Shown in pieces: positions 42,650-54,019 of a stretch of DNA of 64,000 nucleotides. Origin of the DNA: an uncultured Acidobacteriota bacterium (GTDB lineage: Bacteria; Acidobacteriota; UBA6911); contig CAWJKZ010000010.1 of NCBI GenBank assembly GCA_963843575.1, positions 581,851 through 645,850 on the forward strand. The letters are read 5' to 3'. The notes under the pieces were generated by a model. It had not been told where the DNA came from. It saw nothing but the letters and a program-made list of their open reading frames with translations, and made no database searches. A program made the translations under genes and the position numbers. Every line of letters begins with the position of its first letter. Position 1 is the first letter of the stretch.

Positions 42650-43229
42650 CGTCCGCTCCAATAATGTAGATCCGCGGCTCACTCAACACTGCAGTCAGGA
42701 AATGATGCCCGGCGCGCAGTTTCGTTCGAACCTCACCCGTGGGGTAGACGGTTGGGTTGATTTCTCTTCCGAGCCGCTCCTGCGCGCCCGCCAACACTTC
42801 AACGACCTCATGAAACGATGCCTCCCCGACCACAAGAAGGTCGACGTCGCTGGAGGCGCGGAGCTCACCACGCGCCGCCGAACCGAAGATCAAGGCCACG
42901 AGCACACGTTCGCCCAGTGATGCGAGCGCCTCACGGATCACGTCCCCGAGCCCCGCCGTCTTTGCAAACAGTCCCTGCAGTTCCGGAAAGATCGCCGCCT
43001 CGCGATCGGCCTGGAAATACACCTGTCTACCCTGGACGGTGCGGCGTACGAGCCCGGCAGCTGTCAGCTGCTCGAGTTCCCGCTGCACGGCGCCGACACC
43101 GCTGCCCGTGTGGCGCACGATCTGGCGGAGGTAGTACGCCTCGTCGGGGTGACCCAGAAGCCAGCCAAGTACCCGTCGACGCGTGCTGCCGAAAAGAACC
43201 GCGGCAGGATCAACCAGTGTTGTTCGCAT
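42534..43229 (-). CDS. wHTH plus minimal nucleotidyltransferase (MNT) antitoxin-like protein
   Basis: YYLRQIVR..VQREL; IFGSAARG..SDVDLLVVG. Confidence 0.85.
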   Translation of the reverse strand: MRTTLVDPAAVLFGSTRRRVLGWLLGHPDEAYYLRQIVRHTGSGVGAVQRELEQLTAAGLVRRTVQGRQVYFQADREAAIFPELQGLFAKTAGLGDVIREALASLGERVLVALIFGSAARGELRASSDVDLLVVGEASFHEVVEVLAGAQERLGREINPTVYPTGEVRTKLRAGHHFLTAVLSEPRIYIIGADDEFVGLGTKRLAEKASDESKRDSRPASGRRTRPGRQLS

Positions 43230-43564
43230 ATCGGGTACAATCGTACCCGCATTGGGAACATCACGTCAAGGTTGCGGTTCACGATGATACGCCCCGGCAG
43301 CGCAGGGGAGGCGTCCTTCTTAAGCGGCGGAGAATCGACGACAGCCACCTCCGGCGGAGAACTTGAGCGCGCGGGTCTGACACACCCACGTCAATCTCCG
43401 CCAGAATGAGCCGGCCTGGCGGAATCCGTGTGAGACTTTGTGTGAGAAATCCATTCCGAAATGTGCCAAAACTTGCCAAAACTGACCACAACGTGGAATT
43501 CGCTTCCCCTTGGAGTTCAACAACTTACATAAAATGAGGAGGTTGTGAAACCCAGGGCTGTTTT

Positions 43565-43609
43565 CTGGCAGTCAGGAGGTCGCGAGTTCGATCCTCGCCA
43601 GCTCCACCA
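43565..43609 (+). repeat. attR: duplicated 3' half of tRNA-Ala
   Basis: CTGGCAGTCAGGAGGTCGCGAGTTCGATCCTCGCCAGCTCCACCA, identical to 35236-35280. Confidence 0.92.
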
Positions 43610-44019
43610 ATAGAATCAATGATTTAGCGTCATTTCCTCTTTCTCCTCCCCTCCGTTTTTCGCCAGTGTTTGCCGATTGTTTGCCGATTTCGTATCGAGA
43701 ATCGACGTAATAACGTGCTGAGTGCCTGGAATCCAATGCGAATATGTTGCATTTCCGGGATCCGCCCTACAGCCGGTCTGACTTTCAGGCCCCCGCCAGC
43801 ATTCATCCGCCCGGTCTTCGACTGCAGTAGAGAACCCCCTCTTTGATTTCTAAGCTCCATTCCAGGCCGGTAGTAAGTTGAAAATTGACAATTATTCCCA
43901 AGCACAAATCTCCACCGATATCTCTATACAAAGCAGAACACGATCGCAGCTCAATCGATTCACAGCAATGACCAGGCGCGGGAACCCCAGTCAGTGTTTC
44001 CGTAGATTTCTGAAATTGT

Positions 44020-45009
44020 TTATCCAGCCGATATCGGTAGAGGAATCGGCGACACTTTGCGTTCATTTCTGTAACGGGCTGGAGGCAGGCCAAACTCGCG
44101 CTTGAAAGCACGATTGAATGCGGCCTCTGATTCGTAACCGACATCCGATGCGATTTCAGCGATCCCGCGAGGGGTTGTGCTGAGCAAGCGCGCGGCCAGC
44201 TTTAGCCGCCAGCGGATGAGATAAGTTATGGGTGGCTCCGAAAGATAATGACTGAATCGCTCCATTAGGGTAGTACGCGAAAGTCCGACTTCCTTTGCGA
44301 GGTCAGCCAGGGTCCACGGAAAATCCACTCGACTGTGCAGAATAGCTAGGCACTTTCCAACGATCGGATCACGGGCGCCGGCGATCCATCCTGATTCCAT
44401 CTCTGGAAGCGCCACGATGTATCTCCGCAATGTGTCGACAAATAATGCTTCGGAGAGCTTCGCCAGCATGGCCTCGCTGCCAGCACGTCCTGACGCTGTT
44501 TCCTCTACCAGGTGGAGAATCGAATTCTCCAACCACTGGCCCGAGCGATCCGTTCTAAGGTTGACTTTGAAAATCGAGGGAAGTCCTTCCAGGATCGGTT
44601 TGCACAAAAGAGGGTCGCATGCCATGTACCCACAAATGATGCTCGTGACCTCACCGCTCCCTCCCGCCTTCATCGGAGTCAGGTCGCGCCTTACGATCTG
44701 ATCGATAATCGCAGAATTATCCACTTCAGGGGCTCCCGCCCCGCTGCGCAATTGATGCGGATCTCCATGTGGAAAAATAACCACCTCTCCCGCTTCCAGC
44801 AAAATTGCTCCGCCCTCCTTCAACCGAACTTGCGCCCTGCCTTCGGCAAAAAAATGATAGACGATCAGATGAGGCGCTCCAGGGGAAAGAGTGGATGCAA
44901 GTGCACTGGATGCCGGGGCTGAGACATTCCACGGTGCCGAGAACTCCGCCCTGAAAAACACGGCGCCCTTCAGTTTGACTCCGCTCAGGATTTCGGAAAA
45001 CGCATCCAT
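44020..45009 (-). CDS. AraC family regulator (cupin_6 plus HTH)
   Basis: MDAFSEIL, FPHGDPH, GYESEAAFNRAFKREFG. Confidence 0.92.
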   Translation of the reverse strand: MDAFSEILSGVKLKGAVFFRAEFSAPWNVSAPASSALASTLSPGAPHLIVYHFFAEGRAQVRLKEGGAILLEAGEVVIFPHGDPHQLRSGAGAPEVDNSAIIDQIVRRDLTPMKAGGSGEVTSIICGYMACDPLLCKPILEGLPSIFKVNLRTDRSGQWLENSILHLVEETASGRAGSEAMLAKLSEALFVDTLRRYIVALPEMESGWIAGARDPIVGKCLAILHSRVDFPWTLADLAKEVGLSRTTLMERFSHYLSEPPITYLIRWRLKLAARLLSTTPRGIAEIASDVGYESEAAFNRAFKREFGLPPARYRNERKVSPIPLPISAG

Positions 45010-45190
45010 CGATGAATGCTCCGGACTTGCGGCAAAGATTGTTGGGACCGCTGCAAAGTGAATTGCCTGGATCGGACTCTGAGTCAATGAACCCGTGCTG
45101 CCGAGCATGGTCACAGCCTGGGAGGTTTCCCTATGATTATGCCCGTGACGCACAACCTGCGCAACTATCCTGAAATTGAAAGTGAGGGAA

Positions 45191-46186
45191 ATGACAATGA
45201 ATCGCATGACTACCGCTTTTCCAATTCAGACTGAACGATACGCGAGCACCGTGGCAGCGTCGAAGCGCGTCCGTTGGGACATCGATCGAGACGTCATCCG
45301 CGGCCGCGATTTTGATATGGACCACAAACTGCTGCCGGACTCGATCTCCGGTATCCAGCAATTTGAATTTCTGGATGAACGGGAAGCGCGATTGCTGAGC
45401 CAGATCCAGGGACGCACCTATGCGAACACGTTCGGCTTGGTAGAACGTTTCATCAATTGCAAGGTTCTTGAATTAAGCCAACATCACTGCACCGGCGACC
45501 AAATCGCGCTGGAGGCTCTCGTTCGCTTCAGCGACGAAGAGCTTAAGCACCAGGAGCTGTTCCGCCGCATTGAACAAATGATCGCCGCGAAGATGCCCTC
45601 GGGGTACCGCTTTGTGGCGCAACCGAACGAGGTGGCGAAGGCGGTACTGTCGAAGTCTACTTGGTCGGTTATGGGGTTGACGCTGCTGATTGAGCTCTTC
45701 ACGCAAACCCACTACCTCAAGAGCATCGAGCCCGATCAGGAAAGCTCTCCGCTTTACAAAGACGTTTTTCTGTATCACTGGAAAGAGGAATCTCAGCATG
45801 CGAGGATCGACGAGCTAGAGTGGGTTCGTGAGAATGCATCGATGTCGCCCGAAGAACGCGACCGCGCGGTAGACGACATGATCGAACTGGTGACGGCCGT
45901 GGAAGGTATCGTACGCACCCAGGCGGCAGCCGACGTCGACTACTTCTTGAAGGTCAGCGGCGCGGCATTTTATGAGGAGAACATCGAGCGCCTGCATGCG
46001 GGCGTGCTAGCTGCCTACCGCTGGCAGTACATTCTATCGGGTGCTGGAGAACGCCGCTTTCAGAAGGTGTTGCGAAGCTTGACCACGGACGATCAGCTCC
46101 GGCGCATCGAAGAGGCGATCGCGCCCCTCGCCGAACCGGTCGAGAAGGCGACGAATCGCGCTCAACCCACCCTTGTCAGCGCGTAA
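45191..46186 (+). CDS. Ferritin-like / diiron protein
   Basis: EELKH and EESQH ExxH pairs; divergent from AraC. Confidence 0.75.
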   Translation: MTMNRMTTAFPIQTERYASTVAASKRVRWDIDRDVIRGRDFDMDHKLLPDSISGIQQFEFLDEREARLLSQIQGRTYANTFGLVERFINCKVLELSQHHCTGDQIALEALVRFSDEELKHQELFRRIEQMIAAKMPSGYRFVAQPNEVAKAVLSKSTWSVMGLTLLIELFTQTHYLKSIEPDQESSPLYKDVFLYHWKEESQHARIDELEWVRENASMSPEERDRAVDDMIELVTAVEGIVRTQAAADVDYFLKVSGAAFYEENIERLHAGVLAAYRWQYILSGAGERRFQKVLRSLTTDDQLRRIEEAIAPLAEPVEKATNRAQPTLVSA

Positions 46187-46447
46187 GCCCAGTAAGCATC
46201 AGAAGAAATGCCTTGGCAGGCCGCGGGTCCCAAAGTCTCGGTCCGCACGTTCAGAGCAGCGCCTGGGCATTGCGGTGAATTTATTGAGTTGCGATCGCCG
46301 CGGTGCCTTACAACCCGCATCCGTTTTGGAGCCTGAGATAAGAACCTCAGAGCGAGGGACATCGTGTCAACCTGATTATTCGACGAAACTCACCCGTGTC
46401 AACCCTGCTAGAGAGTCAAAAGCGGCGGGGGACAAAAGGAGAATGAA

Positions 46448-47113
46448 ATGAAGTACGAAGTGAATGGAAGCGAAACGATCGTCGTAAGCCAAATTACTCC
46501 ACGGCTTGGCACCACGAGGATTTCCAGATGTGGCATGCCCGTGGCCGGGCGCACGGCCCGGTTATTGGGTTTTGCCTCCGGCTTGGTCGCGAACGTCCGA
46601 CGTACAACAGCGATGGGGAATGCGGTGAAGCGCAACTTAATTCTCCAACAAGGATTCGAGGAACCAGCTCCCACGGTCTGCCCGCTCCAGTATTCGGCGC
46701 TTGTATTTCAACCCAAGATCGTGCTCATCGGGATCGTTGCCGGAATCCTGCTCCAGTCCCAAGCCGTCTTCGCGGGCCTCGGCGCCCTTCTGTGGTGGAG
46801 CGCCCGGTTTCCGAAACTTAATCCGTTTCGTGCGCTGTACAACCGGACCCTTGGCAGCCAGCCGGGGGCGTTTCGCCTTGACCCTTCCCCGGCGCCCCGG
46901 CGCGCCGCAGAAACGGAGGCCGGAACCGTCGCGCTAACCAGCGCACTGCTGATTCACGCCGGCCTCAGTCTTGCAGCGTACGTGGTTGAGGCGGTCTTTT
47001 TGGCAGCCGGGTTGGCACTCGCCCTCGGAGGCTTTTGCCTCGGCTCGTTCGTCTATCACCTCGTCCGCGGAAATTGGAGGTTCGCCCTTCGGACCCTCCC
47101 GTGGGCAAGCTAG
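46448..47113 (+). CDS. DUF4395-like membrane protein (start may be 46613)
   Basis: QQGF, NPFRALYN, GGFCLGSFVY. Confidence 0.65.
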   Translation: MKYEVNGSETIVVSQITPRLGTTRISRCGMPVAGRTARLLGFASGLVANVRRTTAMGNAVKRNLILQQGFEEPAPTVCPLQYSALVFQPKIVLIGIVAGILLQSQAVFAGLGALLWWSARFPKLNPFRALYNRTLGSQPGAFRLDPSPAPRRAAETEAGTVALTSALLIHAGLSLAAYVVEAVFLAAGLALALGGFCLGSFVYHLVRGNWRFALRTLPWAS

Positions 47114-47212
47114 GTCTCTGACCGCGTGAAAAGCTCAAAAAAGACTTTGGGGTTAGTTGAGGTCGCAACAAATTGAAAAGCTGGAGTCAATGATTTGAAA
47201 TGCAATGAAAAA

Positions 47213-48050
47213 CTAAGATTCAAGGCGGGTCTCGGAAGGTGGTATTACCAACGCCGTATCGAGAACCGCAGTCGACACCCGCAGCGTCCCCGGCACCCAG
47301 TGCGAATATATCCGCAAGGTGATCGAAGGATTCGCGTGTCCGAGTTGCGCCGAGACGTACGCGAGATCCGCGCCGGCGGCGAGCATATGACTCGCCCACG
47401 AATGCCTCAGGTCATGCGGAGTCCGCCGCCGGACCTTGGCGATGTCCTGAACCTTATGCCACACCCGCCGCAGGAAATTCGTGTAGTGGACCGGCGTGCC
47501 GTCCTCCGTCGGGAACACCCACTCCTCCATATGAAAAGGTTTCCCATCGGCCAACGCCTGCTTTTTCCGTTCGAGAAGCAGGCGCCTCAACTCCGCGGCC
47601 AACTCGGGGCTCATGTCCACCTTCCGCTGCGACGCCTCGGTCTTGGTCGTCTCCACCTGGCGGTGGTGCGGGATGTTCCGCCGCACAACGATGTAGTTGT
47701 CCGCAAAGTCCATGTCCTGCCACTGAAGTGCCGTCGCCTCGCCGATCCTCATCCCGGTCCGCGCCATGCACAGGACGAACCCGTAGTGCTCCGCAAACCG
47801 CTCCCGGCACGTCGACTCGATCAGGTGCAGCTCCTCGATCGTGAAAGGATCGACCTTCTCCTTGATCCTTCTGGCTGAGCGGTAGAACTTGCCGAGCTTC
47901 ACTACGGGATTCGCCGCGAGGACGCCCTCGTTCACCGCCTCCTGCAGCATCGCCCTCAGGACCGCCACCATCAGCCGGACAGTATCCTTCGAATATCTTC
48001 CGGCCTGCTCGATGACCCAACCCTTCAGGCGTGCATAGGTCAGCGCGTCG
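47213..48050 (-). pseudogene. Tyrosine integrase, N-terminally truncated
   Basis: TGMRIGE, HDLRHSWAS, QLGHAN, IYSHW. Confidence 0.85.
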
Positions 48051-48699
48051 AGATTCTCATTCCCGAATGCCGGCCACGGCAATCGGCCGCCCCTCGGCAG
48101 ATTCGAGCGGCAGCCCGCAGCGCCGCCCTGATCTCTTTGTCGATCTCGGCGCGGATCTCGAGCACGTCCGTCATCGCCGCGAGCCGTGGAGCAAGCTTGT
48201 CCGGAACCAGCAGCAGCCGGCTCGCGCACCGCGTCAGGTTGTTCGTCCATGCCCGCTCGACGTCCGCCGCCTCGAGCAGCTCCTCCTGGCGTTCGCGGAG
48301 GTCGACCTGTTTCTCCTTCGCGATCGCGAGCTCCTTGGCGGCGCGGGCGCGGTTGAAGACCTCATAGGGGCCTCCGCCGACTCCTTCGATCGGGATGTCG
48401 CCGGATCTCTGCCTGGATGCCGCCGGCCGGGCCGGCTGCGAGATGTCGGACGACGCTGCGAGCGCGGCCCTCACCTTGTCGACGTCGAAACCGCCGCCGG
48501 GCTCACTGGAGAACTTGCCGCTGGCGTAATGGCCGTTGAGGGCGGTGTGGCTGACGCCCAGGTGCGACGCCAGCTGTCTGATGCTCGGCACGATCACCGG
48601 ATTGCTCAACAGGATCTCTCGGTCAACGCCGGTTTTTCTGGGCACGCCGAAGCCAGCCGAGGCGCCGGAGAAGACGGACACCGCTCCGAAGCGAACCAT
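48040..48699 (-). pseudogene. Phage terminase small subunit (Nu1-like) remnant
   Basis: SIRQLASHLGVSH HTH; ARAAKE; RLLLVPDKLAPRLA. Confidence 0.6.
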
Positions 48700-48804
48700 A
48701 CCGGCAGCTGGTCATCGAACTGATGGAACAGAACCGGATCCTCTGGCACATTCGATTTGGCGGATGTAGACTTCATGTAGTCTCTGAATACGAAAACGGT
48801 TCAC

Positions 48805-49197
48805 ATGCTCTCCAGAGCTCTTACTCTTCGATTGGGTTACCGCTATGGATTCCCCTTCATTACATCTGTCGTCCTCGCCATTGTGACTGCTGCCTGGCCC
48901 CACGTCCGTGAAGCACGTTTCCACGAAGGGACGTCAATCTGGACGTTCGCAATCCTAACGACCATCTCAACTGCTTTCGTTTTGCTATGCGGTGGCCCGT
49001 TCCGCACCTTTTTTATTGTGATCGCGGTTACGCCTCCATTCCTTCTGTTGCTGCCCGGGTGGCTCGATAGCATGATCGCTCATCCGGAATACCCAATCAG
49101 AGGCTTTGTTCAATATCTGCTCTATTTCGTCGCAACCCCGATTTTTCTGGTCTGGGTCGCTGCGAAGCTATTGGACCGCGAAGCACATAGCGCATAG
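48805..49197 (+). CDS. Hypothetical 4-TM membrane protein
   Basis: Four hydrophobic segments. Confidence 0.5.
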   Translation: MLSRALTLRLGYRYGFPFITSVVLAIVTAAWPHVREARFHEGTSIWTFAILTTISTAFVLLCGGPFRTFFIVIAVTPPFLLLLPGWLDSMIAHPEYPIRGFVQYLLYFVATPIFLVWVAAKLLDREAHSA

Positions 49198-49379
49198 TGC
49201 TCCACCATTCGGCTCTTCTCCCCTGTACTCATCTCGGCAGCTACGGGCCAACATCACTGCATAGCAAACGGGGCCATCTCCAGCATCTGCGCATCGCTGC
49301 CTGGACAGTACCAGGCTGAGCCACTAAGTCCGGGGCAGGTGAATGCGGCTCCAGCCAGATAGACATGACCGCCAAGGAT

Positions 49380-49750
49380 CTTCTGCCGAATATGCCCGGC
49401 GATCGCGCGCATGAACAGCGGCGGAACGCTGTTCCCTATGCGGGCCCACTATTTATAGAAGCTTCCCTTTAGGATGAACCCGGCCGGGAAGGACGCCATC
49501 AGCTTGATGTCGCCGATGGTCAGGTGCCTGATCTCGTAGGATGTATCAGGCCCGTCGTGCTCGACTGTGGCTGCGACTTCTGGATCGTCGGGCAGGGCTT
49601 CTCGGGATCCACCCGGACCAGGCCGAAGTGCTTCTTCCTTTCCTGGCCAGTCAGCACCCGGTATGCCTGGGTGTTCGGCCCGATCCTCGCCTCGAGCAGT
49701 AGCCGGCATCGTTCCTGCAGATCGTCGCCGCCGGCACGTCCGCCGGGATC
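49380..49750 (-). pseudogene. C5 DNA cytosine methyltransferase C-terminal fragment
   Basis: PCPTI, RHLTIGDIKLMASFP, ARIGNSVPPLFMRAIA (motifs IX/X). Confidence 0.7.
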
Positions 49751-50464
49751 CACGGATTAATCCGCTGCGATCTCGTTCCGAGCGACCGCGGGATAAGCGC
49801 TTTAACGGGGATCGGTTGATACAAGGGATGAGGGTGGAAAGTCAGATGATCACCTTGCATCAGGAGAACAGGTTAAAACTCTAAGTAGCCGACCCTATAC
49901 CGCCACGTGCGACACTCGGCTGCAGACTTCCCATCTCCTAAAAACCGGAAGACCAGGACAATATGCAGGATTGACAAAGGCGGGGATTCCTTCGGGCTGA
50001 CGATCTCACCTGATCATCGATGGATCCTGCCCTCTTGAGGACGATTTTCACAGCGACCGCGTGCTGGTAGAGAACTTTCGATGATGGCCAACCCAGCGCC
50101 GCTCCGGTCAATTTAGGAATCTACTCGCGATTCGTGAACGATGAACTACCTCCACCGCCTTTCCAGTCTGTCTATTTCACCAGGCTGAACGACAACCCGG
50201 CCACAACTATCAATCCCGGCGAGGCTTTGTCAGCATCAGCGCCGAACAGATATATGAGTAATTGCCGTCTCCTCCCATCATCATAGGTAAGCATGAGGCT
50301 GCTGTCGGCGATGGCATAGGAACCTTTCCCAGGCATGCGATTGTCGCGGTTTCTGCGATTCAGCTCGTCGAGGGGAAGGGAGACATCTTCGCTGAGGCCC
50401 ATGCACCACAGCCCTTCTCCGCACATGCGATGACGGCACAAAAGCGTGGACTGTGGTTTAATTA

Positions 50465-50668
50465 GTGAAAAATGAATGGATTAAGCATCTTTCAGACGGA
50501 AGACTTGTACAATTCACCTACCTGGAACTTGTCGCTGGCGCCGCGTTTATGACTGCGCAAATTGCCGGTAATGAGGTCGTCTATTCGATCCTATTGAGCA
50601 AGTTAAATAATCCCTTGAGTCGGAAAGATGTTGAACGTCGTTTTGAGAGAGAACTCCTGAAAACGTAG
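50465..50668 (+). CDS. Small hypothetical protein
   Basis: 67-aa ORF with protein-like composition. Confidence 0.4.
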   Translation: MKNEWIKHLSDGRLVQFTYLELVAGAAFMTAQIAGNEVVYSILLSKLNNPLSRKDVERRFERELLKT

Positions 50669-50755
50669 CAATCGAGATTCAACGCTGCTTTTCATTCACT
50701 TCCACACTATACCTCAATTACCCGGATTGCGCTGCTACTCTATCCATTTACAGCA

Positions 50756-51349
50756 TCACGCCCCTCTTATTGACGCTTTCACCACTCTTCTCCCCAATCT
50801 TTGTAGTTCATCTGCAATTTTGTCGGGTGGCAGAACGAAATCAACACAGCCTGAAGCCTGAGCACTGAGAGGCATGCCGTCTACTTCGGCAGACATGTCC
50901 TGAGCAAAGGTTGTTCCTCCCTTTGCCTTGATGTGCTTGCATCCCTCAGTACCGTCGCCATCATACCCGGAGAGGATAATGCCGATCGCACGCGCCCCCA
51001 TAGCCTCTGCTAAAGAAGTCAAAAACAAATCTACCTGCTTGTTCCTCCCAGTGCGCGGGGAGACGACTTTGAAGGTATAGCTCTCAATTAGAAGATCCGC
51101 GTTCGGAGGACTGACGTAGACGTGATTCGCCCGGATCGGCATCGCCGTGGAAGCCACCATTACTGTCATTTTCGTGTGACGCGACAGAATTTGAGCTAAC
51201 TGACTATTGGCGGTGGGGAGAATATGAGAAACAATGACAAAGGCCATACCTGTATTAGACGGCAGGGCATCCAAGAGCGCCTTATATGCGTTAAGGCCTC
51301 CAGCTGAGCCGCCAATGCCGACAATGAAGTTAGGATGTAATGTTCCCAT
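50756..51349 (-). CDS. Stand-alone CheB methylesterase domain protein
   Basis: GGSAGG, IVSH, ILSGYDGDGTEG, MPLSA; no receiver domain. Confidence 0.88.
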   Translation of the reverse strand: MGTLHPNFIVGIGGSAGGLNAYKALLDALPSNTGMAFVIVSHILPTANSQLAQILSRHTKMTVMVASTAMPIRANHVYVSPPNADLLIESYTFKVVSPRTGRNKQVDLFLTSLAEAMGARAIGIILSGYDGDGTEGCKHIKAKGGTTFAQDMSAEVDGMPLSAQASGCVDFVLPPDKIADELQRLGRRVVKASIRGA

Positions 51350-51423
51350 GACCTACATCAGATCTCCAGCTTTCGATTCGATACTTTTACTTTTGAGTCA
51401 TTTTGTGTCTGTCAGAAATACTT

Positions 51424-52902
51424 TTACCAACCTTCTTTGCCTGATTGGCCTGCGGCAGCATCCATTGGTACTATGTCAATTCCATCATCACTCAAAATCA
51501 ATTTGTGGACGTCACTGGAGTGGCCCATGCCACGAGACTTAACAATGTAAAGTCCACGAATGCGTCTTTTGCCCGCATCTTCTTCTATTTCTCTAACTAC
51601 GATCCAAGTGTCAATTAAAGACGAGACGCCGACTTCGCCGCTAGTGTAATTTTGTGCGGTTGAAGAAACAAGGCTTGTAAAAAACCCGGTTATGCCCTTG
51701 GATTTTAAAAGATCAATCATGCGAGTAACCATTGATTGAATTTCACGTTGGCTCCCCTCTGCAATGAGACTTGTCAGGGGATCGATGACAACAGATTGTG
51801 GTTTGAACTCTGCAATGATCTTGTATAAATCGAGTAAATGCATCTCTAAACCAAAAAAGGAAGGTCTGGTGGACACAATCTTTAAGAGTCCTTTTTTTAT
51901 CAATGGTTCAAAATGAAAACCTATAGAACTCATGTTTTGAATGAGTTGCCCTGAAGATTCCTCATAAGACAAGAAAAGACACCGTTCTCCACGTTTACAC
52001 CTTTCTACTGCGAATGCAGCCGCGAGGCTTGTTTTTCCAGTGCCTGCGGTGCCTGAAACGAGTACCGTGCTGCCTCTGGTATAACCTCCACCCCTGAACA
52101 TTTTATCCAACGATGGAATTCCTGTCGAAACTCTCTTGTCTGTGCCTGGTTGATCGAGTCCTGCAGAAGTGATGGGAATTACTGAAAGTCCATCTTTGTC
52201 GATTACGAAGGGATATTCGTTTGTTCCATGATTTGAACCACGATATTTAATGACACGAATTCTACGGATGGCAATTTGTTCACTGACTCTGTTATCCAGG
52301 AAAATGATGCAATCGGAAATGTACTCCTCCAGGCCATGACGAGTATAAGAGCCTTGTCCCGGCTCGCCGGTAAGGATTGCCGTAACTTGTTTTTCCTTAA
52401 GCCATCGGAAAAGTCTTTTTATCTCTAAGCGAAGAATGCCGACATCTGTGAGGCCCGCAAAGAGAGATTCAATAGAATCTAAAACAACGCGTTTGGCGCC
52501 AATGGAATCAATGGCATGTTCCAAACGAATGAGTAGTCCTTCAAGATTAAAGTCGCTCTCTTGAATATCTTTGCGCTCCAAAAGAACATATTCAAGCAGA
52601 ATCTTTTTTTGTGAAACAAGCCCTCGCAAATCCAGGTTGAGAGAAGCCACGTCTTTATAAAGTTCATCTTCTGTCTCTTCAAAGGACATGAAGATGCCTG
52701 GCTCGTTGTAATTGATCGCACCATTGATTAGAAAATCAATCCCCAAAAGGGTTTTTCCAGAGCCGGTACTTCCACAAATCAAAGTGGTTCTATTTTTCGG
52801 AAGCCCGCCTTCTGTAATTTGGTCAAAGCCTTTGATGCCGGTGGGGCACTTCTGCAATTCATTGTGATTTAAGGTCTTTGTTTTCTTGGGAGTTTTAGGC
52901 AT
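51424..52902 (-). CDS. kaiC: KaiC-family double-RecA ATPase
   Basis: GSTGSGKT and GTAGTGKT Walker A, FEE/YEE, KYRGSNH, GVSSLIDTW, KSRGMGHS. Confidence 0.92.
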   Translation of the reverse strand: MPKTPKKTKTLNHNELQKCPTGIKGFDQITEGGLPKNRTTLICGSTGSGKTLLGIDFLINGAINYNEPGIFMSFEETEDELYKDVASLNLDLRGLVSQKKILLEYVLLERKDIQESDFNLEGLLIRLEHAIDSIGAKRVVLDSIESLFAGLTDVGILRLEIKRLFRWLKEKQVTAILTGEPGQGSYTRHGLEEYISDCIIFLDNRVSEQIAIRRIRVIKYRGSNHGTNEYPFVIDKDGLSVIPITSAGLDQPGTDKRVSTGIPSLDKMFRGGGYTRGSTVLVSGTAGTGKTSLAAAFAVERCKRGERCLFLSYEESSGQLIQNMSSIGFHFEPLIKKGLLKIVSTRPSFFGLEMHLLDLYKIIAEFKPQSVVIDPLTSLIAEGSQREIQSMVTRMIDLLKSKGITGFFTSLVSSTAQNYTSGEVGVSSLIDTWIVVREIEEDAGKRRIRGLYIVKSRGMGHSSDVHKLILSDDGIDIVPMDAAAGQSGKEGW

Positions 52903-53646
52903 ATAATTCTCGTCCCTATAGTAACGCGAGTCCTCGCGTATTCCATGCGAATCGAATGGATGGGAGAAACAAGGCGCGTTTCCGATCGAAGTCGGCGCCA
53001 AGGCTTCCGCTCATCGGCCACCCGGATCCTCAGGTTCGCAGTCAATTATGGCAACTTCCCGCGTTCGATCCCGAGACCCACATTGTCATTCATACTCTGG
53101 GGTAAATCGCATGTCAGGTCAGTACTGCACACGGATCTGGTCAAAATTGCTCGCGCGAGACATTCAGGGGGAACTCCCTCGAGGACAAGCCAGAACTTGC
53201 CGCTGACCAGCTCAGGATCTTCTTGAGAATGTGCGCCATCTATCGCGCATCCGGACCGGACCCGAAAGGCTCCGATCTTTCCATGGCTACCGCGCAGGCA
53301 GAAACCGGCGACCTCTTCTTGGAACCGAAGTGCAACATGCCCCCTTTGACTCGCTTCTGCTTTGCTTTCTTCGGTATGCTCGGTTTCAGTTTCGGCATAG
53401 CTCCCTCATAGGGTCCTCAGAAATGGGCAAGAGGCTTTAGGCTTCTCCGAATTGCCCGGGTTGAGGCCAATGCAATTCTTCCATGCGACGACCTGCAATT
53501 GCATACCGAGCCATCAAATTCCTGTCACGCACGCAACAGGGCGCCATCAAGTACCTGCTTATGGAGAATCGGGTACTCACAGAGAATCTCGCGAAACACC
53601 CCGCCGATAACCCGGCACAGCGGCCTCAAATGGGCTTAGATGCGTG

Positions 53647-53730
53647 CTACCTGCGCCAACGAGGGTAGCCCCAGCCCCCACCACCCAACAAAAACACCAC
53701 TAAAAGCACGATTAACGTCAGTTCACATAT
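53647..53730 (-). pseudogene. DUF3309-like tiny membrane peptide
   Basis: LIVLLVVFLLGGGGWGYPRWRR. Confidence 0.5.
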
Positions 53731-54019
53731 GGACACGCGTCTGTTGCTTATGCACACCCATAACTGTTTCGTCACCACGGATGACCCGATAACGGACGAC
53801 AAATCAGAGAACTCACCCAGAAGACATGCGTTTCTAAATCCCAACTGGGGGGCGCCGCGGATTCATGGCGAACTGCTCAAAAGGGCATCGACTTATCGCA
53901 AACAACCGTCACGATGTACATCGAAGTACGCTCGGAAGGAGTCTTTGGTCCGGACGACATTACGATTACTGGGACACACCTCAAGTACCAACACTGCGGG
54001 GACATACGTCGATCTGTGA

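Larger units (their letters stand above)
35236..43609. mobile_element. Degenerate genomic island integrated at tRNA-Ala
   Basis: 45-bp direct repeat of the tRNA 3' half at 35236-35280 and 43565-43609; integrase remnant next to the tRNA. Confidence 0.85.

Noticed and set aside
43565-43609. Second tRNA-Ala gene
   Set aside because: Only the 3' 45 nt are present; it is an att site
47213-49750. Intact prophage
   Set aside because: Only truncated integrase, terminase small subunit and methyltransferase fragments; no structural genes
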